Shown: positions 9,161 to 20,084 of the stretch, piece after piece | Layout: every line of letters starts with the position of its first letter | How positions within the stretch are numbered: the first letter of the stretch is position 1 | NCBI GenBank assembly: GCA_963666275.2 | Contig: CAXXOA010000001.1 | Coordinates: forward strand, 1,184,001 to 1,248,000 | Origin: Oceanispirochaeta sp. | GTDB taxonomy: Bacteria > Spirochaetota > Spirochaetia > DSM-2461 | Direction: 5' to 3' | Length of the DNA: 64,000 nucleotides | The notes under the pieces: model-generated | Seen by the model: the letters and a program-made list of their open reading frames with translations, nothing else | The model's database searches: none | Told to the model about the DNA's origin: nothing | Made by a program: the position numbers and the translations under genes

Positions 9161-10795
9161 ATGAAGAAAATTTTTACATTAGTGCTTATGGTGTTGATGG
9201 CTGTCGGAATGACAGTTTTTTTTACAGCATGCAGTAAAGAAGAAGCTCCTGCAGCTGAAGAAAAAGCTGCAGAAGCACCAGCGGCTCAAGAAGATAATAA
9301 GTCCGGTGGTGTGCTTGTATTTGCACGGTCCGGAGACTCTGTCGGTCTGGATCCCGCCCGGGAAACAGACGGAGAATCCTTTTACGGAAGCACACCCGTT
9401 TATGATACTCTGGTGGAATTCGTTCCCGGATCCACTGAAATCCAGCCGGCCCTGGCGGAAAGCTGGGATTTTGCCGATGACGGACTGTCTGCCACATTTC
9501 ATCTGAGAAAAGGCGTCAAGTTTCATGACGGTACCGACTTCAATGCGGATGCGGTAGTTTTCTCTTTTGAAAGACAGTTCAAAGAGGATCACCCCTTCTA
9601 CAATAACGGCCCCTGGAAATACTGGGGTTACATGGGCATGAGCGATATCGTTGATGAAGTGGTTGCAGTGGATGAATACACAGTCCGTTTTGATCTGAAA
9701 GTTGTGGAAGCTCCTTTCATCGCCAACCTGGCTATGGACTTTGCCGCTATCGTTTCTCCCACCGCAGCGGAAAAATACGGTGCCGACCTGGCAACCAATC
9801 CCGTGGGAACCGGACCTTTCAAGTTTGTATCCTGGATCAAGGACGACAGCATCGTGTATGAAAGAAACCCCGACTTCTGGGGCGGCGATGTGTATCTGGA
9901 CCGTCTGATCCTCAAGGTTATTCCCGATGCGACAGCCCGCTGGCTGGCCCTTCAGAAAGGTGAAGTGGATGTGATCGATTTCCCCTCTCCCGAAGATCTG
10001 GATGAGATGAAAGCCACCGAGGGCATCAAAGTGATTCAGCAGGAAGGTCTCAATGTGGGCTACCTGGCTCTGAACACCGAAAAAGCTCCCTATGACAATC
10101 AGCTTGTAAGACAGGCAATGAACTATGCCATCGATAGAGAAGAGATCGTAGCCGGTGTTTACGGCGCTGCCGGTAAACCTGCCAAAAACCCTCTGCCTCC
10201 CACCATGTGGTCCTACAACGATGATATCGAAGCCTATCCCTACGATCCTGCCAAAGCCAAGGAACTTCTGGCCCAGGCCGGATATGCCGATGGTTTCGAC
10301 ACCGAAATCTGGGCTATGCCTGTAGCAAGACCCTACAACCCCAACGGTAAAAAGGTTGCTGAAATTATGCAGGCACAGCTTGCAAAAGTCGGCATCAATG
10401 TGGAAATCATCTCCTACGAATGGGGTACCTACCTGGATAAAACCGACATGGGTGAGCATCAGGCTGCCATGCTGGGATGGACCGGTGACAACGGTGATCC
10501 CGACAACTTCCTGTGGGTTCTCCTTTCCGCTCAGGCTGCTGAAAAACCCGCCGGAAATATCGCCTTCTGGAAAAACGCCGAGTTTACCGACCTGATCGCC
10601 CAGGCAAAACAGGAAATGGATGTGGCAAAAAGAACCGAGCTGTACAGACAGGCTCAGGTCATCTTCCACGAAGATGCTCCCTGGGTTCCCATTGCCCACT
10701 CTGTTGTTTCTGAACCCATGAAAGAATCCGTCATGGACTTTCAGCTCTATCCTACCGGACGCCGTGTTTTCACACATGTCTGGATTAAAAAATAA
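9161..10795 (+). CDS. dppA: Dipeptide ABC transporter substrate-binding lipoprotein
   Basis: Lipobox FTAC; LRKGVKFHDG, PVGTGPF, RPYNP, GWTGDNGDPDNF (DppA-type). Confidence 0.92.
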   Translation: MKKIFTLVLMVLMAVGMTVFFTACSKEEAPAAEEKAAEAPAAQEDNKSGGVLVFARSGDSVGLDPARETDGESFYGSTPVYDTLVEFVPGSTEIQPALAESWDFADDGLSATFHLRKGVKFHDGTDFNADAVVFSFERQFKEDHPFYNNGPWKYWGYMGMSDIVDEVVAVDEYTVRFDLKVVEAPFIANLAMDFAAIVSPTAAEKYGADLATNPVGTGPFKFVSWIKDDSIVYERNPDFWGGDVYLDRLILKVIPDATARWLALQKGEVDVIDFPSPEDLDEMKATEGIKVIQQEGLNVGYLALNTEKAPYDNQLVRQAMNYAIDREEIVAGVYGAAGKPAKNPLPPTMWSYNDDIEAYPYDPAKAKELLAQAGYADGFDTEIWAMPVARPYNPNGKKVAEIMQAQLAKVGINVEIISYEWGTYLDKTDMGEHQAAMLGWTGDNGDPDNFLWVLLSAQAAEKPAGNIAFWKNAEFTDLIAQAKQEMDVAKRTELYRQAQVIFHEDAPWVPIAHSVVSEPMKESVMDFQLYPTGRRVFTHVWIKK

Positions 10796-10814
10796 GTCTT
10801 AAACTTTTGCATTT

Positions 10815-10854
10815 CAGTCCTGCCGGTCCCTTTCCGGCAGGACTGTTTTCTTTT
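10815..10854 (+). terminator. Intercistronic hairpin/terminator after dppA
   Basis: Perfect 12-bp stem cagtcctgccgg/ccggcaggactg followed by ttttctttt. Confidence 0.75.
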
Positions 10855-10866
10855 ACAGTAGGTACT

Positions 10867-11880
10867 ATGATCCGTTATATAATCAAAAGAATCGCTATGC
10901 TTTTTCCCACTCTTTTCGGAGTGGTGACTCTTGTTTTTTTCATGATTGCCCTGGCACCGGGAGATCCTGCCAGAGTCATGCTGGGAGAGCGGGCAAGCAA
11001 AGAGAAAATTGAAAAACTCAGGGCTGATCTGGGACTGGATAAACCCCTGACCCAGCAGTATGCCCTATATCTCAAGCGTGTGGTCCATCTGGATTTCGGT
11101 AAATCCATAAAATCGGGACAGCGCGTTATGGACGAAATCAGGGAGAGATTTCCCGCCACTGTGGAGCTGGCCATCTGCGCCATGATCTTCGCCTCTGTTC
11201 TGGGTATCTGGATAGGTGTTATCTCGGCAACCAGAAAAAATACCTGGATTGACTACTCATCCATGGTGGGAGCTCTCTTCGGAGTTTCCATGCCTGTCTT
11301 CTGGCTGGCTCTTGTGATGATCATGGTTTTCTCAGTCAATCTTGATATTTTCCCTACAGGCGGAAGGATCAATATCCGCTATTACTTTTCTCCTGAAACC
11401 AATTTCTATCTGGTGGATACGTTCAAATATATTTTTCAGGGCCATCCGGAGTATTTCCTCTCGGCACTTCACCATCTGGTTCTCCCCTCAGTGGCTCTGG
11501 GTACCATTCCCCTGGCTATCATTGCAAGAACCACACGGAGCAGTATGCTGGAAGTGCTGAAACAGGACTATGTCAAAACAGTCCGGTCCGCCGGAATCAA
11601 AGAGAAGCGGGTCATCTACCGCTATGCTCTGCGGAATGCCCTGCTTCCTGTGATTACAGTCATAGGTCTTCAGTTCGGCCTGCTTCTGGCGGGAGCGATC
11701 CTGACGGAAACAATCTTTGCCTGGCCGGGAATCGGAAAATGGATCTATCACGCCATCGAGGCCCGGGATTATCCTGCTGTGCAGGGGGGGATTATAATCA
11801 TCTCCACAACCTTTGTGCTTATCAATCTTGTGGTGGATGTGCTCTATTCGGTGATAAATCCCAAAATCAGACTCCAGTAA
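10867..11880 (+). CDS. dppB: Dipeptide ABC permease
   Basis: PGDPA, FPATVEL, RSSMLEVL..DYVKT, ETIFAWPGIG. Confidence 0.92.
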   Translation: MIRYIIKRIAMLFPTLFGVVTLVFFMIALAPGDPARVMLGERASKEKIEKLRADLGLDKPLTQQYALYLKRVVHLDFGKSIKSGQRVMDEIRERFPATVELAICAMIFASVLGIWIGVISATRKNTWIDYSSMVGALFGVSMPVFWLALVMIMVFSVNLDIFPTGGRINIRYYFSPETNFYLVDTFKYIFQGHPEYFLSALHHLVLPSVALGTIPLAIIARTTRSSMLEVLKQDYVKTVRSAGIKEKRVIYRYALRNALLPVITVIGLQFGLLLAGAILTETIFAWPGIGKWIYHAIEARDYPAVQGGIIIISTTFVLINLVVDVLYSVINPKIRLQ

Positions 11881-11901
11881 TTTAAGGAACGAAAATATAT
11901 T

Positions 11902-12777
11902 ATGAGTGAAACAATAGAGATTCATGAACCTGATGAATCGCCTTTGAAAGAACACTGGCATCAGCTGAAGCGTAATAAAACGGCCATGGCCGGTTTGATT
12001 GTCATATTGGTGTTTATATTTATCGGTATTTTTGCCCCTCTGCTCTCTCCGATGGATCCGATAGAGCAGAATATCGATATGAGAAAATCCGCCCCTTTCA
12101 CCAATGGTTTTATCCTGGGAAGCGATGACCTGGGGCGTGATATGCTCTCCCGTCTGCTTTACGGGGCACGGATCTCCATGATCATCGGGGTGATTTCAGT
12201 GGGTATCTCACTGGTTTTCGGAGTCTCCATAGGGCTGATTTCGGCCTACTACGGCGGTATCGTCGATAAAATCATCATGCGTCTCATCGACATTATGCTT
12301 GCCTTTCCCTACATCCTGCTGACCATCGTTATCGTTGCGGTCCTGGGGCCGTCCCTTATCAATGCCATGGTAGCCATCGGAATCTCCCAGGTTCCCCGGT
12401 ACGCCAGGGTGGTCAGAGCCTCGGTTCTGGCAGAGAAAGAGAACGATTATGTACTGGCCGAGAGAGCCCTCGGCGCCTCCGACTGGGAGCTTATGTTCAA
12501 ATCCATACTTCCCAACTGTCTGGCCCCCATTTCCGTTCAGGCTACACTCGGTGTGGGAACAGCCATTCTGGACTCGGCGGCCCTCTCTTTTCTCGGTATG
12601 GGAGCCCAGCCTCCGACTCCGGAATGGGGACTTATGATCGCCACTTCCAAGGAGTTTATCACCAGTGCCTGGTGGATTGTCACCTTTCCGGGTATCGCCA
12701 CTCTTCTGGCGGTTCTGGGATTTAATCTTCTCGGCGACGGGCTGCGGGATATTCTTGATCCCAGGATGCGGGACTGA
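11902..12777 (+). CDS. dppC: Dipeptide ABC permease
   Basis: LGSDDLGRD, PPTPEWG, NLLGDGLRDILDP. Confidence 0.92.
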   Translation: MSETIEIHEPDESPLKEHWHQLKRNKTAMAGLIVILVFIFIGIFAPLLSPMDPIEQNIDMRKSAPFTNGFILGSDDLGRDMLSRLLYGARISMIIGVISVGISLVFGVSIGLISAYYGGIVDKIIMRLIDIMLAFPYILLTIVIVAVLGPSLINAMVAIGISQVPRYARVVRASVLAEKENDYVLAERALGASDWELMFKSILPNCLAPISVQATLGVGTAILDSAALSFLGMGAQPPTPEWGLMIATSKEFITSAWWIVTFPGIATLLAVLGFNLLGDGLRDILDPRMRD

Positions 12778-12790
12778 CCAGAGGAATATT

Positions 12791-13810
12791 ATGACAGAAA
12801 AAATACTATTATCCATGGAAAATATAAATGTCCACTTTCATACAAGACGGGGCATTGTAAAGGCTGTGAGGGACCTCTCTCTTCAGATCAAAGAGGGGGA
12901 AACCCTGGCCCTTGTGGGCGAATCGGGCTGCGGAAAATCCGTTACTGCCCATACGATCAACCAGTTGATCCCCATGCCTCCCGGTGTTATCGAGAGCGGC
13001 AAAGTGATCTTCCAGGGCCGGGATCTGCTGACCCTGTCGGAAAAAGAGGTTCAGAAGCTCCGGGGTACCCAGATATCCATGATCTTTCAGGAGCCCATGA
13101 CCAGCCTGAATCCCGTTTTCAAAGTAGGGGACCAGCTGGCCGATGTGTTTATGACCCATCAGAATATGAAAAAGAAAGAAGCGTTCGCCAGAGCAGTGGA
13201 ACTTCTTAAACTTGTAAAAATCCCTTCACCGGAAAAGCGGGCCTACGACTATCCCCATCAGCTGTCGGGAGGAATGCGGCAGAGAGCGATGATTGCTATG
13301 GCTCTGGCCTCACCCGAACCGGGCCTGATGATTGCCGATGAGCCCACCACGGCCCTGGATGTGACCATTCAGGCTCAGATCCTGGACCTTCTGACGGACC
13401 TGAAAGAGAAAGTGAATATGTCTCTTCTTCTGATCACCCATGATATGGGAGTTGTTGCCGAAACAGCCGACCGGGTGGTGGTTATGTATGCGGGCCGGAA
13501 AGTAGAGGAAGGCTCGGTGTATCAGATCTTTGACAATCCTTCCCATCCCTATACGCTGGGACTCCTCAATTCCCTGCCGTCCAATGACAAATACCGTGAG
13601 GCAAGCCGGCTGGAAGCGATTCCGGGAACCGTACCCGATCTTCTGACTCTGGGTGAGGGATGTCCCTTTGCCAACAGATGCAAATGGGCCGATCAGGAGT
13701 GCGACAGGGCATTCCCCGGTGAAACCCTCCTGGAAGAGGGGCATGCTATCTGGTGTTATAAGGCCGATCAGGTGAAAGCCGGAGAGCCTGTCCGAAAGGA
13801 GACTGTTTAA
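12791..13810 (+). CDS. dppD: Dipeptide ABC ATPase
   Basis: [29 protein letters not shown]-terminal Cys cluster; ATG after GAGG. Confidence 0.92.
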   Translation: MTEKILLSMENINVHFHTRRGIVKAVRDLSLQIKEGETLALVGESGCGKSVTAHTINQLIPMPPGVIESGKVIFQGRDLLTLSEKEVQKLRGTQISMIFQEPMTSLNPVFKVGDQLADVFMTHQNMKKKEAFARAVELLKLVKIPSPEKRAYDYPHQLSGGMRQRAMIAMALASPEPGLMIADEPTTALDVTIQAQILDLLTDLKEKVNMSLLLITHDMGVVAETADRVVVMYAGRKVEEGSVYQIFDNPSHPYTLGLLNSLPSNDKYREASRLEAIPGTVPDLLTLGEGCPFANRCKWADQECDRAFPGETLLEEGHAIWCYKADQVKAGEPVRKETV

Positions 13811-14784
13811 TGGATAAACTGATGGAGGTGAAAAACCTCAAAAAATATTACACCATCTCCTCCAATGATCTGCAGGGGAAGAAGGGTGTTCTCAAAGCGG
13901 TGGATGATGTTTCCTTTGATCTGAAAAAGGGAGAAATTCTGGGAGTTGTCGGCGAATCGGGCTGCGGTAAATCCACACTGGGAAAAACAGTCCTCAGGCT
14001 CCATGAAAAGACAGAAGGTCAGGTGCTGTACGACGGCCGTGACTTGTTCAGCCTGGATCACAGGGAAATGACAGCCCTGAGAAAAAGGATGCAGATGGTT
14101 TTTCAGGATCCCTTTTCGTCACTGAATCCCCGGAAAAAAATCTCCACCCTTATAGGGCAGCCTCTGAAAATCCATAAATACGGATCCACATCGGAAATTG
14201 AAGAGAAAGTCGATGCCATTATGGAGGAAGTGGGGATCAATCCCCACTACAAAAAGCGCTTTCCCCACCAGTTTTCAGGAGGTCAGAGGCAGAGAATCGG
14301 AATCGCCCGGGCTCTGGCCCTGAATCCCGAGCTGGTTGTCTGCGACGAAGCCGTATCGGCTCTGGATGTCTCAGTGCAGGCTCAGATCCTGAACCTGCTT
14401 CTGGATCTGCGGGAGAAGCATGATCTGACCTATATGTTCATTGCCCATGATCTGGCTGTAGTGGAATTCATCTCAACAAGAATCGTGGTCATGTATCTGG
14501 GTAAGATCGTGGAAATGGCAGATAAACTGGAGCTTCTGAAGCATCACAGGCATCCCTATACAAAAGCCCTTTTTGCCGCATTCCCCATGACTGATCCCTA
14601 CAGGCGGGATAAAAAAGAGAAAATTGTCATGGGTGATGTTCCCAGCCCGGTAAATCCTCCTTCGGGCTGTCATTTTCATCCCCGCTGTCCCTTTGCCACA
14701 GATATCTGCCGGCAGGAATATCCGCCCCTGCGGGAAGGGGACTCCGGCCATTTCGCCGCCTGCTGGCATCAGGACGAGATTTAA
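13810..14784 (+). CDS. dppF: Dipeptide ABC ATPase
   Basis: [35 protein letters not shown]. Confidence 0.92.
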   Translation: MDKLMEVKNLKKYYTISSNDLQGKKGVLKAVDDVSFDLKKGEILGVVGESGCGKSTLGKTVLRLHEKTEGQVLYDGRDLFSLDHREMTALRKRMQMVFQDPFSSLNPRKKISTLIGQPLKIHKYGSTSEIEEKVDAIMEEVGINPHYKKRFPHQFSGGQRQRIGIARALALNPELVVCDEAVSALDVSVQAQILNLLLDLREKHDLTYMFIAHDLAVVEFISTRIVVMYLGKIVEMADKLELLKHHRHPYTKALFAAFPMTDPYRRDKKEKIVMGDVPSPVNPPSGCHFHPRCPFATDICRQEYPPLREGDSGHFAACWHQDEI

Positions 14785-14826
14785 ATCTATTCCTCTTTGT
14801 CTATGACGTCTCCGGGGAGCCTGTTT

Positions 14827-15489
14827 TCAGGAGTCCCGGGGGCTTTTCTTTCGAAGTAACATTTTTGTGTCTTCTGAAAATATTCTGTATTCCCACTGTT
14901 CCGAACCGTTCAGAGCCTCTTCATACTCAGCCATTTTTTCAAGAACCTCCCGGGCTTCCTCTCCCGGAGCAACCATAAGCCGGATGATCTCCTGCCTGTA
15001 GGGGAAATCTCCCTCCAGTCGGATAATATCTTTCAGATATTCCCGTCTGCTTTTCCGGCAGTATTCCAGAGGAGTGGGGAGGCCTATCTCTCCGGCACCG
15101 CTGCTGCGGATCAGGGAGCTTATGAAATTCCGGCTATACTGTTTTTCTGCCTCTGCGGCCTCTCCGAAGATCCGTCTGCTCCAGAGGGTCAATTCGCTAT
15201 CTTTCAGAGCCATATTGCCTAAAGTCTTTTCCCATTGCAGTTGATTGTCCTCCAGAGATAAAAGAAAGGTGGCTTCAAAGACTGTAAGCGACTGACCGCC
15301 GTCGGGAAATCTCCGCCAACCCCGGGGCGCACGGTAAAGACGGTAAGAGAGGAGGAAAAAGGTTTTGTCCTCTATGGTATAGCCGGCACCGGCTTTAAAG
15401 GAAGTATAGACTTCTTCTGAAAGGCCTCCGCCCGGGAGGACAGTCTGAGAGAACAGCAGAAACAGGAATGTCCGCAGAACTGTATTCAC
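14827..15489 (-). CDS. Hypothetical exported protein
   Basis: 220-aa ORF with signal-peptide-like N-terminus; extended -10 (TGGTAGAAT) 6 nt before the GTG. Confidence 0.6.
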   Translation of the reverse strand: MNTVLRTFLFLLFSQTVLPGGGLSEEVYTSFKAGAGYTIEDKTFFLLSYRLYRAPRGWRRFPDGGQSLTVFEATFLLSLEDNQLQWEKTLGNMALKDSELTLWSRRIFGEAAEAEKQYSRNFISSLIRSSGAGEIGLPTPLEYCRKSRREYLKDIIRLEGDFPYRQEIIRLMVAPGEEAREVLEKMAEYEEALNGSEQWEYRIFSEDTKMLLRKKSPRDS

Positions 15490-15604
15490 TTCTCTATTCT
15501 ACCACAGAAGGGGTATCCCGACGGGTTCAAAGCCCGGGATTGATTGAAATCCGCGGATCTTCCACTGGAATCGACTGGTCTGTTTCTGATAGTATGTCAG
15601 CCCT

Positions 15605-15847
15605 ATGAATAAAGAAGAAATTTTCTATCCCTGTCAGTGGTCCTATAAAGTGATCGGGACCGACAGGAATGAATTGGACAGGGACATAAGGAAAATTATG
15701 TCAGACAGGGAGTTTTCGCTGGAAGAGTCGAAAAAAAACGGAAAGTATATCTCCCTGCATCTCTCTCTGATCGTCCACTCTAAAATGGATCGGAATCTCA
15801 TTTTTCAGGCTCTGAAAAGCTCAGTTTCCGTGACCATGGTGATTTAG
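15605..15847 (+). CDS. DUF493 (YbeD/HP0495-like) protein
   Basis: YPCQWSYKVIG...SKKNGKYISL...V.MVI pattern, 80 aa. Confidence 0.85.
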   Translation: MNKEEIFYPCQWSYKVIGTDRNELDRDIRKIMSDREFSLEESKKNGKYISLHLSLIVHSKMDRNLIFQALKSSVSVTMVI

Positions 15848-15906
15848 GCATCGGGATTCCCGGGCATCCGGCCCGGTATAAAAGAAAAGAGGACCATTGG
15901 GGCCTC

Positions 15907-16815
15907 TCAGATATCCGGGTAGTAGGTAACCTTGTTTTTTCCCTTTTTCTTGGATTCGTACATGGCCTTATCAGCCTGGAAAAGGAGTTCCTCACTGCTT
16001 TTGAGATCCTCCGAAGTGCGGGAGAGCCCTATACTGACAGTGATGGAAACCCTGATTCCCTTCAGGTAGGGGATGGCAATTTTTTCAATGCTGAGCCGGA
16101 TCCTTTCGGCAAAGGATTTGGCGCCCTCTTCATCCGCATCAGGCAGAATAATGCAGAATTCCTCCCCACCGAACCGCGCCAGAGTGTCACTGCCACGGAT
16201 AATCCGGCTGCAGGTATCGGCGACTTCTTTCAGCATCACATCCCCGAACTGATGACCATAGGTATCATTGACCGGCTTGAAATTATCCAGATCCAGCATA
16301 AGGAAGGCAAAAGGGACCTTTTTTCTTTCAAAGCGGATGAACTCCTCTTTGAGACGGGTATCCAGATACCGTCTGTTGTAGATCCCGGTAAGCCCGTCTT
16401 TCTGGGAGAGCTCTTTCATGGACTGCTCCATGAAAACCCTGTCGGTCACATCCTGTACGGTAACCACTATATGGAGAATTTCCCCGGTATCATCCCGTAA
16501 GGGGGTGAGAGTACAGCTCTGCTGCATAAACATGAAATCTTCCCTGTAACAGCTGGAAGGGGGGAAGGGGAACATATAGGAGTGGAATTTCTGGGAGTAG
16601 TAAACATAGTTGCCGAATTTGAATACGGATTTCATACTTTGTATGAAACTGTCTGTATTCAGATGAGGATATCGTTTGAAAAGAGACTCTCCGACGATTT
16701 GCTTCTCCTCTATTTCGCTCTGAATTTCCATCCATCTGTTCCAGCGGGCAATCCTGTAATACCTGTCTATGAGAAGAATCCCCATATGAATTGCGTCCAT
16801 TATGTTTTCATACAT
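15907..16815 (-). CDS. PAS-GGDEF diguanylate cyclase
   Basis: PAS (WNRWME), DGLTG, DLDNFK..ND.YGH, RGSD I-site and GGEEF. Confidence 0.92.
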   Translation of the reverse strand: MYENIMDAIHMGILLIDRYYRIARWNRWMEIQSEIEEKQIVGESLFKRYPHLNTDSFIQSMKSVFKFGNYVYYSQKFHSYMFPFPPSSCYREDFMFMQQSCTLTPLRDDTGEILHIVVTVQDVTDRVFMEQSMKELSQKDGLTGIYNRRYLDTRLKEEFIRFERKKVPFAFLMLDLDNFKPVNDTYGHQFGDVMLKEVADTCSRIIRGSDTLARFGGEEFCIILPDADEEGAKSFAERIRLSIEKIAIPYLKGIRVSITVSIGLSRTSEDLKSSEELLFQADKAMYESKKKGKNKVTYYPDI

Positions 16816-16820
16816 GGGGA

Positions 16821-17456
16821 TTAACCTGTAAACCTGTGGAGAACATTTTTAAAATAGGGAACCGATTCCCTGCTGTTTATAAGAAACAGAGTTCCCCGGG
16901 CATCGCGGTCTTCAAAGCTGAACTCCGCCGACAGGACAATGTTCTCTTCTCTGTCTTTCAGTTTGCTGTATCTGAGGCTTTTCAGAATGTTCTCGCCCTG
17001 ATAGGCCTCGGGCCGGAGATAGGAGATAGAGGTATTCAGCATTTTAAAGAGATTTCCTATACAGGCGGCATTGAGAATATTGCCTATTTCAAGGAGGGCT
17101 TCCTTTTCCAGCTCCAATAGCCTGTCAGAATCGTATTGAAAATCTGATGTATCCCTGAAATACGAGAGCAGCTCCTTTTCCATTCCGTAGGGAAACACAA
17201 GGAAGGAGATCCCCCTGAAGTCGCTGTGATATCCCTGTTCCACTATCCGGCTGCTCTCCAGGTCAATCACCGAGCTCTGCACAAGAGGTATGAGGTCCCT
17301 GGTTTTCAGAATGTTCAACTTCGGGACATGAAGTGTTATGAAGATATCCAGAAGTTCTGCAAGATCCGCTGCGGCGGAACCGAAAGCGATATTCATTGTT
17401 TCCTTGAGGGCATCAAGTTCCAGTTCTGTAAAGGTGTTATCACTTCTTTCCGTCAC
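16821..17456 (-). CDS. CheC-like phosphatase
   Basis: Two D/E-xxx-E-xx-N motifs: DALKETMN and EALLEIGN. Confidence 0.85.
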   Translation of the reverse strand: MTERSDNTFTELELDALKETMNIAFGSAAADLAELLDIFITLHVPKLNILKTRDLIPLVQSSVIDLESSRIVEQGYHSDFRGISFLVFPYGMEKELLSYFRDTSDFQYDSDRLLELEKEALLEIGNILNAACIGNLFKMLNTSISYLRPEAYQGENILKSLRYSKLKDREENIVLSAEFSFEDRDARGTLFLINSRESVPYFKNVLHRFTG

Positions 17457-17829
17457 GGTCTCTCCCGTTAAGGTTCTGAATTTGACTCATCAGATCGGTA
17501 ATAACCTTTTTGTCTGGCAGTTTCTGAATGACATCGAATGCGCCCATATCCATGCATTTCTGAACAGCTTTGGGCTGATAGTCCGCTGTGATTATGACTA
17601 CGGCAGCATTCGGATCCTGACGGAGGATCTCCTCCAGGGCTTCGTACCCGTCCATCACAGGCATGGTCAGATCAAGGAATGTGACATCCGGATGCTCCCT
17701 TCCGTACAATTCCACAGCGATACTGCCGTTTTCAGCTTCCAGAATCTGGGACTGAACATCAAAACTTTTAATCAGGGAGGATATCAGCATTCGTGCAGCC
17801 CTGGAATCATCAACTAGAAGAACTTTCAT
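17440..17829 (-). CDS. Single-domain response regulator (CheY-like)
   Basis: LVDD, FLDLTMPVMDG, IITA, IQK. Confidence 0.9.
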   Translation of the reverse strand: MKVLLVDDSRAARMLISSLIKSFDVQSQILEAENGSIAVELYGREHPDVTFLDLTMPVMDGYEALEEILRQDPNAAVVIITADYQPKAVQKCMDMGAFDVIQKLPDKKVITDLMSQIQNLNGRDRDGKK

Positions 17830-18046
17830 TTTAACCCTTCATAAAATTGGTGTGTTCTGCAAAAATTGTTTGCCATTTGAATTATAATTTAGCCCAATAC
17901 GTGAAGCAAATTCTTTTTGAGTGAAAGGGATATATTAAAAGGCTGTTACTTTTTGTTTAATTGATAAAAAAAACTCCATAATGTTTTGAAATCGGACAAC
18001 AAATGATCTATAGTTCTCTTATATTTGACAGAACAGAGGTTTAGTA

Positions 18047-20026
18047 ATGTCGCGTAAAATCACAGTAAAAGAACAGATGCTGTACAGCTTCTCTTTAGTT
18101 ATTATCCTGACCCTATTCGTGGGGTATTCGGGGATACGGGGCATTCGGTCCATCAACTATCAGAATCAGATCCGATCACTCATTTCTCAGGGATTGACCG
18201 ATATCCAGGAAGCCCAGGCCGCTTCTCTCCGGTATGTACTTTATACGGAAGACTTCTACATCGATGAGGTGAACCGGTGGGGTGACAGGGCCCAGGCCGC
18301 CATAATGGAAGCCGAGGGAATGGCGGATTCCCGGGAGATTACAGACGAGTCGGCTGGCATTATCCAGGCGATCAGCAGTTATGTGGATCTGAATAATACC
18401 TATCAGAATCTCGAAAAGGAAATGGAGGAGATCTCATCTCTCAGGGCGGATGCCGCTGCTGTTGTTCTGGAGCAGACCGAGTCGCTGAAAAACCTTGAGC
18501 AGAGAACCGCCGGTGGTGAGGGGACAAGCCGGTCTCTCTCGTATGAACAGCTCCTGTCCCGGGTGTACCGGTTTCACAATTACGCCTATCTCTATATGCT
18601 GGCGACAACAGATGAAGTCCGGGCTGTTGAACTGGAGAACTGGCTGGCTGGTGTGGATGCCAGCGAAGCCATGGTCAGCACTCTCTACGCGGGGGCTGAT
18701 AATGCGATGATTTCCGATTCGCTGAACACCTCCTTAAAGCAGATCCGGATATACAGGGACTCGGTAACAGACTATGTGGAGGTCTATCAGAAACAGATGG
18801 CCCTCCTTCCGGAAATGAAATCCCAGGCGGCGATTGTTATGGAAAGGGGAGAGACCATTGCGGGGTTTGTAGAGTCTGCAGTCAATGCACTGGCCCGAAG
18901 GAATCTTATTCTCACCCTGGGAATTCTGGCTCTGGCGGTTCTGTTCGGCATTACCATCTCTTTTATCATCACCAGATCTCTGACAAAACAGCTGGGAGGG
19001 GAACCTCATGAAATCGAGGATATTTCCGGTCGGATCTCAAGAGGAGATCTGAATATATCCTTTCCTGACCGCAAGCTCACAGGTGTCTATCTTTCCATGA
19101 AGGAGATGACAGGGCAGCTGAGACAGATTGTCAACGATATAAGCGGAGCTGCCGAGCAGGTAAGCCGGGGGAGTGAACAGATCTCTTCATCGGCCCAGGA
19201 AATTTCTTCAGGTACAAGCGAACAGGCTTCCAATATGGAAGAGGTTTCCGCTTCGATAGAGCAGCTGAATGCCAATATCCAGCAGAATACGGACAATGCC
19301 CAGCAGTCCAACAGGATGGCAAGAAAAGTCGCGGAAGACTCCCTGACAGGAAGCCAGGCTGTGGCTGATACTGTCAATGCCATGAAAAATATCGCAGAAA
19401 AAATTTCGGTGATCCAGGATATTGCCAGGAGTACCAATATGCTGGCTCTGAATGCCGCCATAGAAGCGGCCAGGGCGGGCGAAGCCGGTAAGGGATTTGC
19501 TGTTGTTGCCTCTGAGGTCAGGAAGCTGGCTGAAAACAGCGGAGCCGCAGCCAAAGAGATTACCGAGATTACAGACGACAGCGTCAAGAGAGCCGTCGAG
19601 GCCCAGGCTCTGATCGAAGAGTTTGTTCCCTCCATGCAGAAAACCGCAGACCTGGTCGAGGAGATCGCCATGGCCAGCCAGGAACAGAATAAAGGTTCCG
19701 TTCAGATCAATACAGCAGTTGTTCAGCTGGATACTGTCATTCAGCAGAATGCTTCCGCATCGGAAGAACTGGCGTCCATGTCGGAGGAACTCAACTCTCA
19801 GGCTGTCACAATGAAAGAGGCAATCGGGTTTTTCTCATTGAAGGAAAGGAAAGAATCCGCCGGAAAGGCTGATGCTGAAAGGAAAACCTCTTCAGTTCAT
19901 AAAGAAATCAGCTATACGGTGATGGAACCTGAAAAAATCAGACCCCTCAGGGATATTCCCATTATAGAGGAGCAGCCTGCAGAAAACCGGGTTTCAGACT
20001 ATGACAGCAACTTTGAGGAGTTTTGA
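18047..20026 (+). CDS. Methyl-accepting chemotaxis protein
   Basis: Two TM segments, [42 protein letters not shown]. Confidence 0.95.
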   Translation: MSRKITVKEQMLYSFSLVIILTLFVGYSGIRGIRSINYQNQIRSLISQGLTDIQEAQAASLRYVLYTEDFYIDEVNRWGDRAQAAIMEAEGMADSREITDESAGIIQAISSYVDLNNTYQNLEKEMEEISSLRADAAAVVLEQTESLKNLEQRTAGGEGTSRSLSYEQLLSRVYRFHNYAYLYMLATTDEVRAVELENWLAGVDASEAMVSTLYAGADNAMISDSLNTSLKQIRIYRDSVTDYVEVYQKQMALLPEMKSQAAIVMERGETIAGFVESAVNALARRNLILTLGILALAVLFGITISFIITRSLTKQLGGEPHEIEDISGRISRGDLNISFPDRKLTGVYLSMKEMTGQLRQIVNDISGAAEQVSRGSEQISSSAQEISSGTSEQASNMEEVSASIEQLNANIQQNTDNAQQSNRMARKVAEDSLTGSQAVADTVNAMKNIAEKISVIQDIARSTNMLALNAAIEAARAGEAGKGFAVVASEVRKLAENSGAAAKEITEITDDSVKRAVEAQALIEEFVPSMQKTADLVEEIAMASQEQNKGSVQINTAVVQLDTVIQQNASASEELASMSEELNSQAVTMKEAIGFFSLKERKESAGKADAERKTSSVHKEISYTVMEPEKIRPLRDIPIIEEQPAENRVSDYDSNFEEF

Positions 20027-20084
20027 ATTTTTTCCCGCTCCGGCCGCTGAAGATGAACCGTGAATTATGATATACTCCCTGGCT

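Noticed and set aside
9179..10777. 532-aa antisense ORF over dppA (likewise 27418-29034, 35635-37059, 36704-37900, 54501-55949)
   Set aside because: Shadow ORFs opposite well-conserved genes, expected from codon bias; no recognisable motifs.
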